Of a stretch of 50,144 nucleotides of DNA, positions 18,313 to 26,218 are shown in pieces. Position 1 is the first letter of the stretch; every line of letters begins with the position of its first letter. A program made the translations under genes and the position numbers. Source of the stretch: a virus (taxonomy: Duplodnaviria > Caudoviricetes); IMG/VR virus record IMGVR_UViG_3300025607_000091, positions 1 to 50,144 of that record; one strand, 5' to 3'. The notes beneath the pieces are model-generated. The model was given only the letters and a program-made list of their open reading frames with translations. It ran no database searches and was not told where the DNA came from.

Positions 18313-18800
18313 AACTAGAAATTAAAGCGTATAAATGTGTGTTCCCTGGCTTTTATATTGATGCTTATAATCAATACATGTGGCAAGATCCAAAACAGTA
18401 CGAAGTAATATTTGGGAAGAATCAAAAGGAAGCTGTAAAGGAAAAGTGCCGACTAGATGAATGTTATTCCTATTGGGAGTTAAAACAATCTATAAGAACT
18501 CAAAGATTCCCGGAGAAAGATTTACACAGTCAAGAAAAGAGCGAGCTATTAAATGATTTAACGGATAAACAAATAAATCATTTAACTCATTCATTAGGTG
18601 TTAAAACAGGTGGCTATTGTCCAGAAGAGTTTTATAGAAATTATTCAGCATATCATAATAAACATGAAGATTGTGAAAAACTGGTGAAACTTGGCTTAAT
18701 GGAGAATTGGAAAAAATTTGAAAGCGAGGTTTACGGAGTAACCGAAAAAGGAATTGAGGCAGTTAAAACTATACTATTAATAAATAAACCAACTAAATAA
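18309..18800 (+). CDS. Hypothetical phage protein
   Basis: HSLG...YRNY...LVKLGLM...VTEKGI. Confidence 0.6.
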   Translation: MKLEIKAYKCVFPGFYIDAYNQYMWQDPKQYEVIFGKNQKEAVKEKCRLDECYSYWELKQSIRTQRFPEKDLHSQEKSELLNDLTDKQINHLTHSLGVKTGGYCPEEFYRNYSAYHNKHEDCEKLVKLGLMENWKKFESEVYGVTEKGIEAVKTILLINKPTK

Positions 18801-18807
18801 TTATAAC

Positions 18808-19863
18808 ATGATAAACTTATATCAAACAAACATCGAACAATTATCAATTCATCAAGTAGGGAATAAGAGCAAAGCAGAAGGATGTTTTGTTTCAGATAGC
18901 ACTACAGAGTTAAATGATGAAATAGCACCATTAGTAAAAGATTTCTTCTTTAGGCCATTTAGGGAAAAGGAAGAAGTATTTTTTAATTTCTCACACGAAG
19001 TTGATGTAGCGTACAATGAGGTTTTTAAAACTTCTGAATCAATTTTTAATAATCCAAACTGTTTTCATGAGAAGTCAAAAGATATAGTAGGTCTTCTGTA
19101 TAATGAATCAATGCACCCACACATTAAAGGAGGTGAAGTTTATGTTACTTATTTAGATAATGTAATTATCGACAATCAAAAAGTTAATGCAATCGGAATA
19201 TTTAAAAGTGAGCTTAAGCATGATTTCCTACAATTCGAAAACAAAGGAAAAAACATGGAGACAATTTTACAACAAGGAGTTAATCTTAAAAAATTAGACA
19301 AAGGTTGTATCATTTTTAATATCGAAAAAGAAAGTGGTTACAGAGTTTTAAGCGTTGATAGTAACAAGTACGATACTAAGTACTGGTTAAATAGTTTCCT
19401 TGGCCTAGATGCTGTGATTGATGATGCTTATCAAACTAAGAAATACCTTCAATTATGTCAAAACTTCGCAAAAGATGTTGTTTTTCCTGCGGAAGACAAA
19501 AAGGAAGAAGTTATGTTCATGAATCGTTCAATGGATTATTTCGCCAAAAACGATGAGTTTGAAGAAACGGAATATTTAAACGTCGTTGTAGAGAATCCAG
19601 ATCTTATTCCAGAATTCAAACACTATAAATCAGAGAATGAACAAAAATACAGTGTAGAGGACCTAACTCAGTTTCCTATTTCAAATACTGCCGTTACTAC
19701 TTCAAGGAAAAAGATTAAAAATGAAATAAAACTAGACACAAACATGTCTATAAAATTAGACTTTATTAATCCCGATTCTGCTGAGAAATTCCTTGAGAAA
19801 GGTTGGGACGAAGAAAAGCAAATGTATTACTACTTATGTTACTTCAACAAAGAGGAGAAGTAA
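18808..19863 (+). CDS. Nucleoid-associated protein (NdpA/YejK-like)
   Basis: LSIHQVGNK, HPHIKGGEVYV, IGIFKSE, KLDKGCIIFN, YWLNSFL, EKGWDEEKQMYYY. Confidence 0.75.
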   Translation: MINLYQTNIEQLSIHQVGNKSKAEGCFVSDSTTELNDEIAPLVKDFFFRPFREKEEVFFNFSHEVDVAYNEVFKTSESIFNNPNCFHEKSKDIVGLLYNESMHPHIKGGEVYVTYLDNVIIDNQKVNAIGIFKSELKHDFLQFENKGKNMETILQQGVNLKKLDKGCIIFNIEKESGYRVLSVDSNKYDTKYWLNSFLGLDAVIDDAYQTKKYLQLCQNFAKDVVFPAEDKKEEVMFMNRSMDYFAKNDEFEETEYLNVVVENPDLIPEFKHYKSENEQKYSVEDLTQFPISNTAVTTSRKKIKNEIKLDTNMSIKLDFINPDSAEKFLEKGWDEEKQMYYYLCYFNKEEK

Positions 19864-19988
19864 TGGAAGAAAAATCATATCAAATCACTAGAGGTTATCA
19901 TGAGGAGTATGAAGAAATTACTCCTCTCTCTGGAAAGAAAAAAAGAAGATTAAAAAGAAAGAAACAACGCAACAAAACTAAACGATGA
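19863..19988 (+). CDS. Small basic protein
   Basis: TAATG overlap; ends SGKKKRRLKRKKQRNKTKR. Confidence 0.45.
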   Translation: MEEKSYQITRGYHEEYEEITPLSGKKKRRLKRKKQRNKTKR

Positions 19989-20191
19989 AAGCAGAAGAGT
20001 TTTACAAAGACTTTACAGATAGAAATAACCCTGACATTAACCGAAAAGGTAAAAGCACAAGAGAATTACTTTACCAAATGATGGAAGAATACGCAGACCA
20101 TAAGAAATTAAATATAGGTGTTGTTAGCACCTGTACGGATTTGAAAACTAAAAACTTAATAAGATGGGATACATTAAACACAACGCAATAG
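19985..20191 (+). CDS. ORF reading into module M1
   Basis: KKLNIGVV, with GTT 20123 in frame. Confidence 0.55.
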   Translation: MKAEEFYKDFTDRNNPDINRKGKSTRELLYQMMEEYADHKKLNIGVVSTCTDLKTKNLIRWDTLNTTQ

Positions 20192-20498
20192 TTTGCACAA
20201 CTTGGAAAGAAGAGGATGCTATTGAAGCACAGCAAAAAGCAAAAGAAAAGGTAGTAGCCAATTAGTATCTGAATTAGTAGAATACATTGTTAATGGTGGA
20301 TATAGTTTCTTTATAGCACCTGATGGAAGCAAGGAAGGTTGGGAAGATAGTAAACAATGTGATGGTGCGAGAAAAGATTTCTTGGATTGGTTGAAAGAAT
20401 CTGACAACTATTGCGATTACATAGAAGTTAGGTTTGGTGGAGATGATGAACACGAAGACATCGTAAGAAGCAAAGACACCGATTACGATACAATGTAG
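20164..20498 (+). pseudogene. Frameshifted cargo gene of module M1
   Basis: MGYIKHNAIVCTTW... stops at 20263-20265; the -1 frame continues LVSELVEYIVNGGYSFFIAPDGSKEGWEDS... to TAG 20498. Confidence 0.6.
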
Positions 20499-20555
20499 TA
20501 TTGGTGCTAATGGGTAGGTGTATGGTTAGATTTTTAACGAGTAAATAAAGAACAA

Positions 20556-20819
20556 ATGGAACTAAATACAGCAATTGAAATATTAGATTACCACCAAGAA
20601 TGGAGGCAAGGAAAAAGAGAAGATATGATTCATGAACCTAAAAAACTAACAAAAGCCTTGGATATTGTGCTGAGTGAGATTAAAAAATTAAATATACATA
20701 GTGTTATTATGCGAAGCGAACAGTTAGGCTGTGCATGTAAAAACCAACCAAGGTCAATTTTTGGATACACTTGGAAAACTTGCAAAGCCTGTGGAAAAAC
20801 CTCATTAATGCCTAATTGA
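20556..20819 (+). CDS. Linker ORF fused to a Cys-rich tail encoded by module M2
   Basis: KKLNIHSV-IMRSEQLGCAC...CKACG; GTT 20703 in frame. Confidence 0.6.
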   Translation: MELNTAIEILDYHQEWRQGKREDMIHEPKKLTKALDIVLSEIKKLNIHSVIMRSEQLGCACKNQPRSIFGYTWKTCKACGKTSLMPN

Positions 20820-20867
20820 TTATAACGGAATACAGATAAGATTTTTTGCGAATAAAAAACAAACAAG

Positions 20868-21023
20868 ATGAAGAAAAAAGATTTAATAAAACAATTAGCA
20901 AATAGAATAAACCAACCCCATGTAATAGAAAGTTGGATTGATAAAATAGAAAAAGCAGCCTACAATAAAGGCATTAAAGATACAGAAGCTAAGCAATTAA
21001 TTTTATCTGGTGTTGGCAATTGA
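20868..21023 (+). CDS. 51-aa linker ORF (not in ORF track)
   Basis: MKKKDLIKQLANR...KQLILSGVGN; GTT 21012 in frame. Confidence 0.5.
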   Translation: MKKKDLIKQLANRINQPHVIESWIDKIEKAAYNKGIKDTEAKQLILSGVGN

Positions 21024-21083
21024 TAAAAAGCCACTTAGTGACGTAGGAACTAAAATATTTACAAACAAACTAAAAAATAAATT

Positions 21084-21419
21084 ATGAAAGCAACTCATTT
21101 AGTAAAAAGTAACAACATTGAAAAGCAAATTATTAAACAAAAAGAAAAGGTAATAATTCCTTTAAATAAAATTATTGATTACAGGTATAAACAACGCTTG
21201 GTAGTTGCTAAAGGTTTTTTAGAGGAAGAAAGAAATTTTGGAACTAAAAAAGAGCCAATTATGAAAATTGTAAAATTTATGCAATATGATGATTATTTTA
21301 CTGATGAAGATACAGGAGAAGTTGTTACCGTTAAGAGACACGAAAAAATTGAAATAGATGGTGAAAAATGCGACCATTTTGGAAATTTAATAAAATATTA
21401 CACAATAGATGACCTTTAG
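21084..21419 (+). CDS. Cargo gene of module M3, hypothetical
   Basis: 111-aa ORF inside 23-bp IRs; FTDEDTGEVVTVKR. Confidence 0.6.
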   Translation: MKATHLVKSNNIEKQIIKQKEKVIIPLNKIIDYRYKQRLVVAKGFLEEERNFGTKKEPIMKIVKFMQYDDYFTDEDTGEVVTVKRHEKIEIDGEKCDHFGNLIKYYTIDDL

Positions 21420-21541
21420 ATTAGCCCGTATGAGTGAGGTGGCTTTTTATTTGTTGCCAACGATAAATGTAAAAAGCGTTTTAATGCCTTTTACACCTTG
21501 TTAGCACAAGTACGGGGTATTAATTACTAAACTTAATTAAA

Positions 21542-21910
21542 ATGAATTACAAAATAGATTACAAAGGATTGAAAGAGTTTTTAGAAACGCTTACGTACCG
21601 AAGCATAAAAGATGGTGCATTGGTTAAAGCACACGCAAGAAATGACATTGACTTTTTCTATAAAACAGATGAAGACAAAAGCAAAATAACATTAAACCAA
21701 GTTATTGAATATGGACAGCCATTTTTAGTAGATGCTATTGGAAATGATTTATCTGTTTGTGTTCTGACTAAAAGAAAATACAAACTACCTACTGGAAGAG
21801 TAGTAAGAATGAAATTTGATGCTACAATAATAGACGATTGCAGAAAGGTTTTAGGAAGCCCTGTAAACAACTATTATGTAATACCAGACAGATTTATAGT
21901 ACGAACTTAG
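21542..21910 (+). CDS. Cargo gene of module M4, hypothetical
   Basis: 122-aa ORF whose TAG overlaps the right IR. Confidence 0.6.
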   Translation: MNYKIDYKGLKEFLETLTYRSIKDGALVKAHARNDIDFFYKTDEDKSKITLNQVIEYGQPFLVDAIGNDLSVCVLTKRKYKLPTGRVVRMKFDATIIDDCRKVLGSPVNNYYVIPDRFIVRT

Positions 21911-21980
21911 TATTTGTGCTAATGTTAAATGTATGTTTTGTGCGTGAATAATTAATGAATTAAATAAAAAACAAATAAAG

Positions 21981-22256
21981 ATGAAAGCAATGGATTTTAT
22001 AAAAAGTATTGATGCAAAAGTTATTAACGGAATATTAAAAAGTTATAGCGATGAAGAAGCGATAAAGCACTTAAAAGAACACCTACAAAAGCAATTAAAT
22101 ACACATGATGTTAGCAGTAGTAGTGAAGAATTAACTAACGAAAGGAAAATAGAAAAATATAACGAAATAGCTATAATCATGAAAAGGACTTATAAAGAAA
22201 ACCTAAGCTCAGAAGACATGCACGCCATGATTGTAAAAGTAACAGCCTATGAATAA
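21981..22256 (+). CDS. Linker ORF fused to a tail encoded by module M5
   Basis: KQLNTHDV-SSSSEEL...; GTT 22110 in frame; stop overlaps the right IR. Confidence 0.6.
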   Translation: MKAMDFIKSIDAKVINGILKSYSDEEAIKHLKEHLQKQLNTHDVSSSSEELTNERKIEKYNEIAIIMKRTYKENLSSEDMHAMIVKVTAYE

Positions 22257-22298
22257 CTATTACTGCTAACAAGCGTATATAACAACTTTTACAGAAGC

Positions 22299-22526
22299 AT
22301 GAAGCTAACAATCACCGTAGTTTATACTATAGAATATGTAATTGATTTTGCAAAACATTACGGTTTCACAAAATGTAAAAAATGTTTCAATTTAAAAACT
22401 GGCAGAGAGATAAAACAAGTATTAAAAAGTAACTGTATTGGCTACAATATTAATACAAAGTTTTACTCTCTTTTTAAATTAAGGAATCACCTTGTTAAGC
22501 CTAAAAAAGAAGATTGTCCTTTTTAA
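22299..22526 (+). CDS. Hypothetical phage protein
   Basis: CFNLKTGREIKQV...IGYNI...EDCPF. Confidence 0.6.
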   Translation: MKLTITVVYTIEYVIDFAKHYGFTKCKKCFNLKTGREIKQVLKSNCIGYNINTKFYSLFKLRNHLVKPKKEDCPF

Positions 22527-22790
22527 TAAAAAACACTAATAAAAATACGTTGAGTTAATTACCAACTATTGTTTACTGTATCTTTGATATGCGGTACTAT
22601 TCAATTCAAAGTCTATTTGTTTTTGACAGTGTCGCTATTTTTATTTCCCAAAAGTAAGTAGCCTATCTGAGAAAACAGAAGGCTTTTTTTATTCAATAGT
22701 ATATCGTTATAGTTTATTAGTTAGTTGGTTTAAAGCCTAGTGTGGAAATTCCCCATAGTTGAAGCGCTAGGTTTTAATTAAAATCAAATT

Positions 22791-22919
22791 ATGATTGAAA
22801 TAAAGAACGGAAAAGTACTAGTTGACGGCGAGGAGTTTAACAATCCTCAAATACTTGGAGAGTTAATCCTAAGTATGGCTAAAGAGCAAAGCAATCAAAT
22901 CATATTAAAATCAGCTTAA
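22791..22919 (+). CDS. 42-aa hypothetical protein (not in ORF track)
   Basis: MIEIKNGKVLVDGEE...LKSA after an A-rich leader. Confidence 0.5.
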   Translation: MIEIKNGKVLVDGEEFNNPQILGELILSMAKEQSNQIILKSA

Positions 22920-22921
22920 TT

Positions 22922-23125
22922 GTGAAGATACTAACCGAAAAGAGATACTACAAAAGACTTTCAGCACTTCAAGGGGCTGTTTTAAATATATCCGACAAGC
23001 AACAAGACTCATTTACTGTTTCAAAAAGAAAAATTTATAAAAAAAGGCTTGAGAACTTCAAGAAGAATAACACCTTTTTAAAATGGCAAGACAAAGAATT
23101 CATGAATACTAAACTATCAGCTTAA
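22922..23125 (+). CDS. Hypothetical protein
   Basis: Operon ORF. Confidence 0.5.
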   Translation: MKILTEKRYYKRLSALQGAVLNISDKQQDSFTVSKRKIYKKRLENFKKNNTFLKWQDKEFMNTKLSA

Positions 23126-23127
23126 TC

Positions 23128-23412
23128 ATGTTCGGATTCTTCAAAAAAAGATATTACAAAGTAGTAAGTGTAACACCAGTAGAAACACGAGATGTTACCG
23201 ATGGCTTAAAACACCGTAAAACTTTAAAGAGTGTAGTTCTATGTGGAAATAAAGCAATAGAATATTCTCAACAAATAATAGTAAAGCGTAGAGGTGAGCA
23301 TAAGAGCGTAAAACACTACTTAAAAATCAAACTCAAGAAAAGAAAGGGAGATAATCCCCATACAGAGGCAATACTTAAAACGGTTAAACCAGGAGATATA
23401 ATAAGGCTATGA
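23128..23412 (+). CDS. Hypothetical protein
   Basis: Operon ORF. Confidence 0.55.
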   Translation: MFGFFKKRYYKVVSVTPVETRDVTDGLKHRKTLKSVVLCGNKAIEYSQQIIVKRRGEHKSVKHYLKIKLKKRKGDNPHTEAILKTVKPGDIIRL

Positions 23413-23711
23413 AAAAGATTCTAGTTATAGGAATGGATTTCGGATTAGGTCATTCAATAGGATCTCAACTTGTAATAGAAGCAAATAGGCAAATAGCTAT
23501 TTCATGTAGAAAGCAAGAAGAAATCAAGTTAGGTATTCCACAATACACAAATGAAGAATTAGCTCTTAAAAATCTAGGTTATGAGGCAAAGACACTAAGC
23601 GAAGCAATTAACGAATTATCAGAAGCTTTTAACAGCCTAGTAAAAGTTTCATTCGACCCAATTACGAGTAAGTTTTTCGGAGCTCCAAAACACAATTACA
23701 AAAGAAGATAG
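23409..23711 (+). CDS. Hypothetical protein
   Basis: ATGA overlap with upstream gene. Confidence 0.55.
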   Translation: MKKILVIGMDFGLGHSIGSQLVIEANRQIAISCRKQEEIKLGIPQYTNEELALKNLGYEAKTLSEAINELSEAFNSLVKVSFDPITSKFFGAPKHNYKRR

Positions 23712-23713
23712 TT

Positions 23714-24094
23714 ATGAAATCAATAACCTTTCCAGAATCAACAAACAAGATAGCAGAACACCAAGAGGAGTTTGAAACAGTTCATGTTCAATTCCAAAAT
23801 GAAGACATGAGTGCAAACATGTGTTTTGAATTGTCACCAGAGGAAATAAAAGAGGTTTCAACAACCGGTAAGATTTGGTATAAGCAAGTACTAGGAAGCC
23901 AACTAATGCACCCAATGAGGTTATCTCCGTTCAAGGAAGTGATTATACAGCAAAAAGAAAAGATTGTTATGGTATGTGAATCTGATTGTGGCAAGAAACC
24001 ACACAGGGAAACAGTAGGTAGTACTGAGTATATATTCTGTTGTGAAAATGGCTTTAAAAAATCATTAGAAGAATTTACAAAAAGTATCAAATAA
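23714..24094 (+). CDS. Hypothetical phage protein
   Basis: CFELSPEEIKEVSTTGKIW. Confidence 0.6.
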   Translation: MKSITFPESTNKIAEHQEEFETVHVQFQNEDMSANMCFELSPEEIKEVSTTGKIWYKQVLGSQLMHPMRLSPFKEVIIQQKEKIVMVCESDCGKKPHRETVGSTEYIFCCENGFKKSLEEFTKSIK

Positions 24095-24096
24095 TT

Positions 24097-24279
24097 ATGA
24101 AAGTTATTTATAAAACAGGAAACACAGTATATCACATAACAGACGAAATGCAGGAGCCAAGATTGGTAACAGGAGTAGTTCAAAGACCTAACAATGTAAT
24201 AACATATTTAGTAGGTAGCAAGGATGGAGAAACCGAGTGTTATGAGATAGAACTATCAAACGAAAAAACAATATTCTAA
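24097..24279 (+). CDS. Small hypothetical protein
   Basis: Coupled to terS by TAATG. Confidence 0.55.
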   Translation: MKVIYKTGNTVYHITDEMQEPRLVTGVVQRPNNVITYLVGSKDGETECYEIELSNEKTIF

Positions 24280-24722
24280 TGGCTTACTCTCCAGAAGAAA
24301 AAGAAGAGATATTTAAAAAGATATTTAAAAGCATATCTGAAGGACAATCCCTACGTAAATCTTTAAAAGAAGAAGGTATGCCTAGTAGAAAAACTTTCTT
24401 TAAATGGCTAGAAGAAGATAATGAAAAAGGAAACCAATACGCGTGTGCGTGCGAGGAAAGAGAAGAATTGATTTTTGAAGATATTTTAAACATAGCTGAT
24501 GATAATGGGGCAGATACTCGTTTTACAGAGAATGGAATCATGACTGACCACGATAATATTCAAAGGTCAAAATTAAGAGTTGATGCTAGAAAATGGGCGT
24601 TATCAAAAATGAATCCAACGAAATATGGTAATAAGCTTGATTTATCTGTAGAAGATAACACATTATCCAAAGAAGAACGTGCTGCAAGACTGGAAGAATT
24701 GAAAAGTAAATTATTGAAATAA
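24279..24722 (+). CDS. terS: Terminase small subunit
   Basis: GQSLRK...MPSRKTFFKWL HTH; RSKLRVDARKWALSKMNPTKYG. Confidence 0.85.
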   Translation: MAYSPEEKEEIFKKIFKSISEGQSLRKSLKEEGMPSRKTFFKWLEEDNEKGNQYACACEEREELIFEDILNIADDNGADTRFTENGIMTDHDNIQRSKLRVDARKWALSKMNPTKYGNKLDLSVEDNTLSKEERAARLEELKSKLLK

Positions 24723-24782
24723 CAATTGTCTCCACGCGGTGGACAATGTATAACTAACTACTATAAACAAAGGGATTATAAA

Positions 24783-25136
24783 ATGAGAGAAGTAAAAGTA
24801 AACGAGTTGAGAATTGGGAATAACCTTCAGGATAACGGGAGTTTAATTGAAGTGTGTGTAGGTATGTTGAATTATCTAGGTCAAAACGAAGACAATGACA
24901 TAAAACCAATCCCACTAACAGAAGAATGGTTGTTGAAGCTAGGATTTGAAGAAGGCAAAGAAAACGCAGGAACATTAAAATGTTTTAGAAAAGGAAAATA
25001 CACAATAGCTAAATGGATTGGTGATAAGTGGCAATTTTGGATGAATACGGTAGATGTTTATAATTCACCGCAACACGTCCACCAGATCCAAAACCTATAC
25101 TTCGCTTTAACTAATACTGAACTAACAATTAAATAA
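24783..25136 (+). CDS. Hypothetical phage protein (likely start 24783)
   Basis: ELRIGN...PIPLTEEWLLKLGF...VHQIQNLYFALT. Confidence 0.7.
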   Translation: MREVKVNELRIGNNLQDNGSLIEVCVGMLNYLGQNEDNDIKPIPLTEEWLLKLGFEEGKENAGTLKCFRKGKYTIAKWIGDKWQFWMNTVDVYNSPQHVHQIQNLYFALTNTELTIK

Positions 25137-25137
25137 T

Positions 25138-25368
25138 ATGAAAATAGCTGATTTAAAAAATATTATTGAAAACCTTCCAGATGATATGCCAGTTGGTTTA
25201 TGGGATTTGTCAACAGATAGTTTTACAGACGGAAACTATCAACTTGCCCCTAAAGATTTGATTATTGAAGACTATGTTAAAAACGAAGATGATAGCGAAA
25301 TAGCTGGTCAAATGTTATTTATCACTTTCGAGAATAAGTTGAATGAGAATCCAATTAACGAACTATAA
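25138..25368 (+). CDS. Hypothetical protein
   Basis: DLKNIIENLPDDMPV. Confidence 0.6.
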   Translation: MKIADLKNIIENLPDDMPVGLWDLSTDSFTDGNYQLAPKDLIIEDYVKNEDDSEIAGQMLFITFENKLNENPINEL

Positions 25369-25381
25369 AAAAAACTAGAGC

Positions 25382-25825
25382 ATGAAACTAATATCAATGA
25401 CCGATTATGTGTTAGATCTTGAAAAAGAAACTAATCCTTTAGGTAAAACATTAAATAAACTTAATGTAGAAGATGTTGCAAAATATGGAAAATGCTTTAA
25501 GTACGCGGTTTTCCTCAAACAACCTCTAAAGCTAGAAATGTTTGTTCCTTGTGATGATGAGGGGAATGTATTGGAAGATGGGGTTTATGAGGCTAGACAC
25601 ATAGTAGCAGTAACAAACGACGAGAAATTTAAGCAATACCAACAAGCAAAAGAAAAGGTTTTGTTTAAAGGGTGTAGAGTTATTTTAGATAATGAGTGTA
25701 ATGATTATTACATAGAAATAAATGGTGATTATTTTGGATGGATTAGCGATGACTTACCTAAAAATATGGAGAAAATAATAGGACTGAATTTAGAACTAAC
25801 AGAAGCAGCACAAAAACAATTGTAG
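25382..25825 (+). CDS. Hypothetical phage protein
   Basis: MKLISMTDYVL...FLKQPLKLEMFVPCDDEGNVLE. Confidence 0.65.
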   Translation: MKLISMTDYVLDLEKETNPLGKTLNKLNVEDVAKYGKCFKYAVFLKQPLKLEMFVPCDDEGNVLEDGVYEARHIVAVTNDEKFKQYQQAKEKVLFKGCRVILDNECNDYYIEINGDYFGWISDDLPKNMEKIIGLNLELTEAAQKQL

Positions 25826-25826
25826 G

Positions 25827-26216
25827 ATGGAGTATAAAGACTTAAAAGAAGGTTGTAAAGTGTTTTTCATTGGAGAAGTACTACCAATGGAACTAATATC
25901 TAGGACTGATAGATATGGTGTTGTAGTTAGAAGTTTAGACATAAAAGAGGATTACGATCTAATTTATTTCGAAGTAGAGAGAGGAGCTTATTTTGACTGT
26001 GAATCTGCCTATGAAGCATTAAAAAAAGAACCGGTGTATTCTTTATTAGATTTTGTTAAAGAGAAAAGAGGAGCTTCAAACTTAATATTTTGTTCCTACG
26101 ATTTCTTTTCCAAGATGGATTGTTTTAGAAGTGTAGTAGGCCTAGAGTCTGGATACCATGAAATATCCAAAAGAAACGGAATAGATTTAAAAATTGATTG
26201 GACTAAAACTAAATAA
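25827..26216 (+). CDS. Hypothetical protein
   Basis: Operon ORF. Confidence 0.55.
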   Translation: MEYKDLKEGCKVFFIGEVLPMELISRTDRYGVVVRSLDIKEDYDLIYFEVERGAYFDCESAYEALKKEPVYSLLDFVKEKRGASNLIFCSYDFFSKMDCFRSVVGLESGYHEISKRNGIDLKIDWTKTK

Positions 26217-26218
26217 CC

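Larger units (their letters stand above)
19985..22270 (+). mobile_element. Integron/shufflon-like array of five GTT...AAY inverted-repeat-bounded modules
   Basis: M1 20123-20511, M2 20703-20826, M3 21012-21461, M4 21500-21923, M5 22110-22270; each has terminal IRs and the linkers have internal IRs. Confidence 0.65.

Noticed and set aside
19985-22270. CRISPR array or IS/MITE elements
   Set aside because: Repeats are inverted, differ between modules and are irregularly spaced; no cas or transposase gene and no target-site duplications were seen.
22484-22500. Possible sixth module start (CACCTT-GTTAAG at 22494, in frame as Val)
   Set aside because: No matching downstream inverted repeat ending in AAY was found; may be chance.
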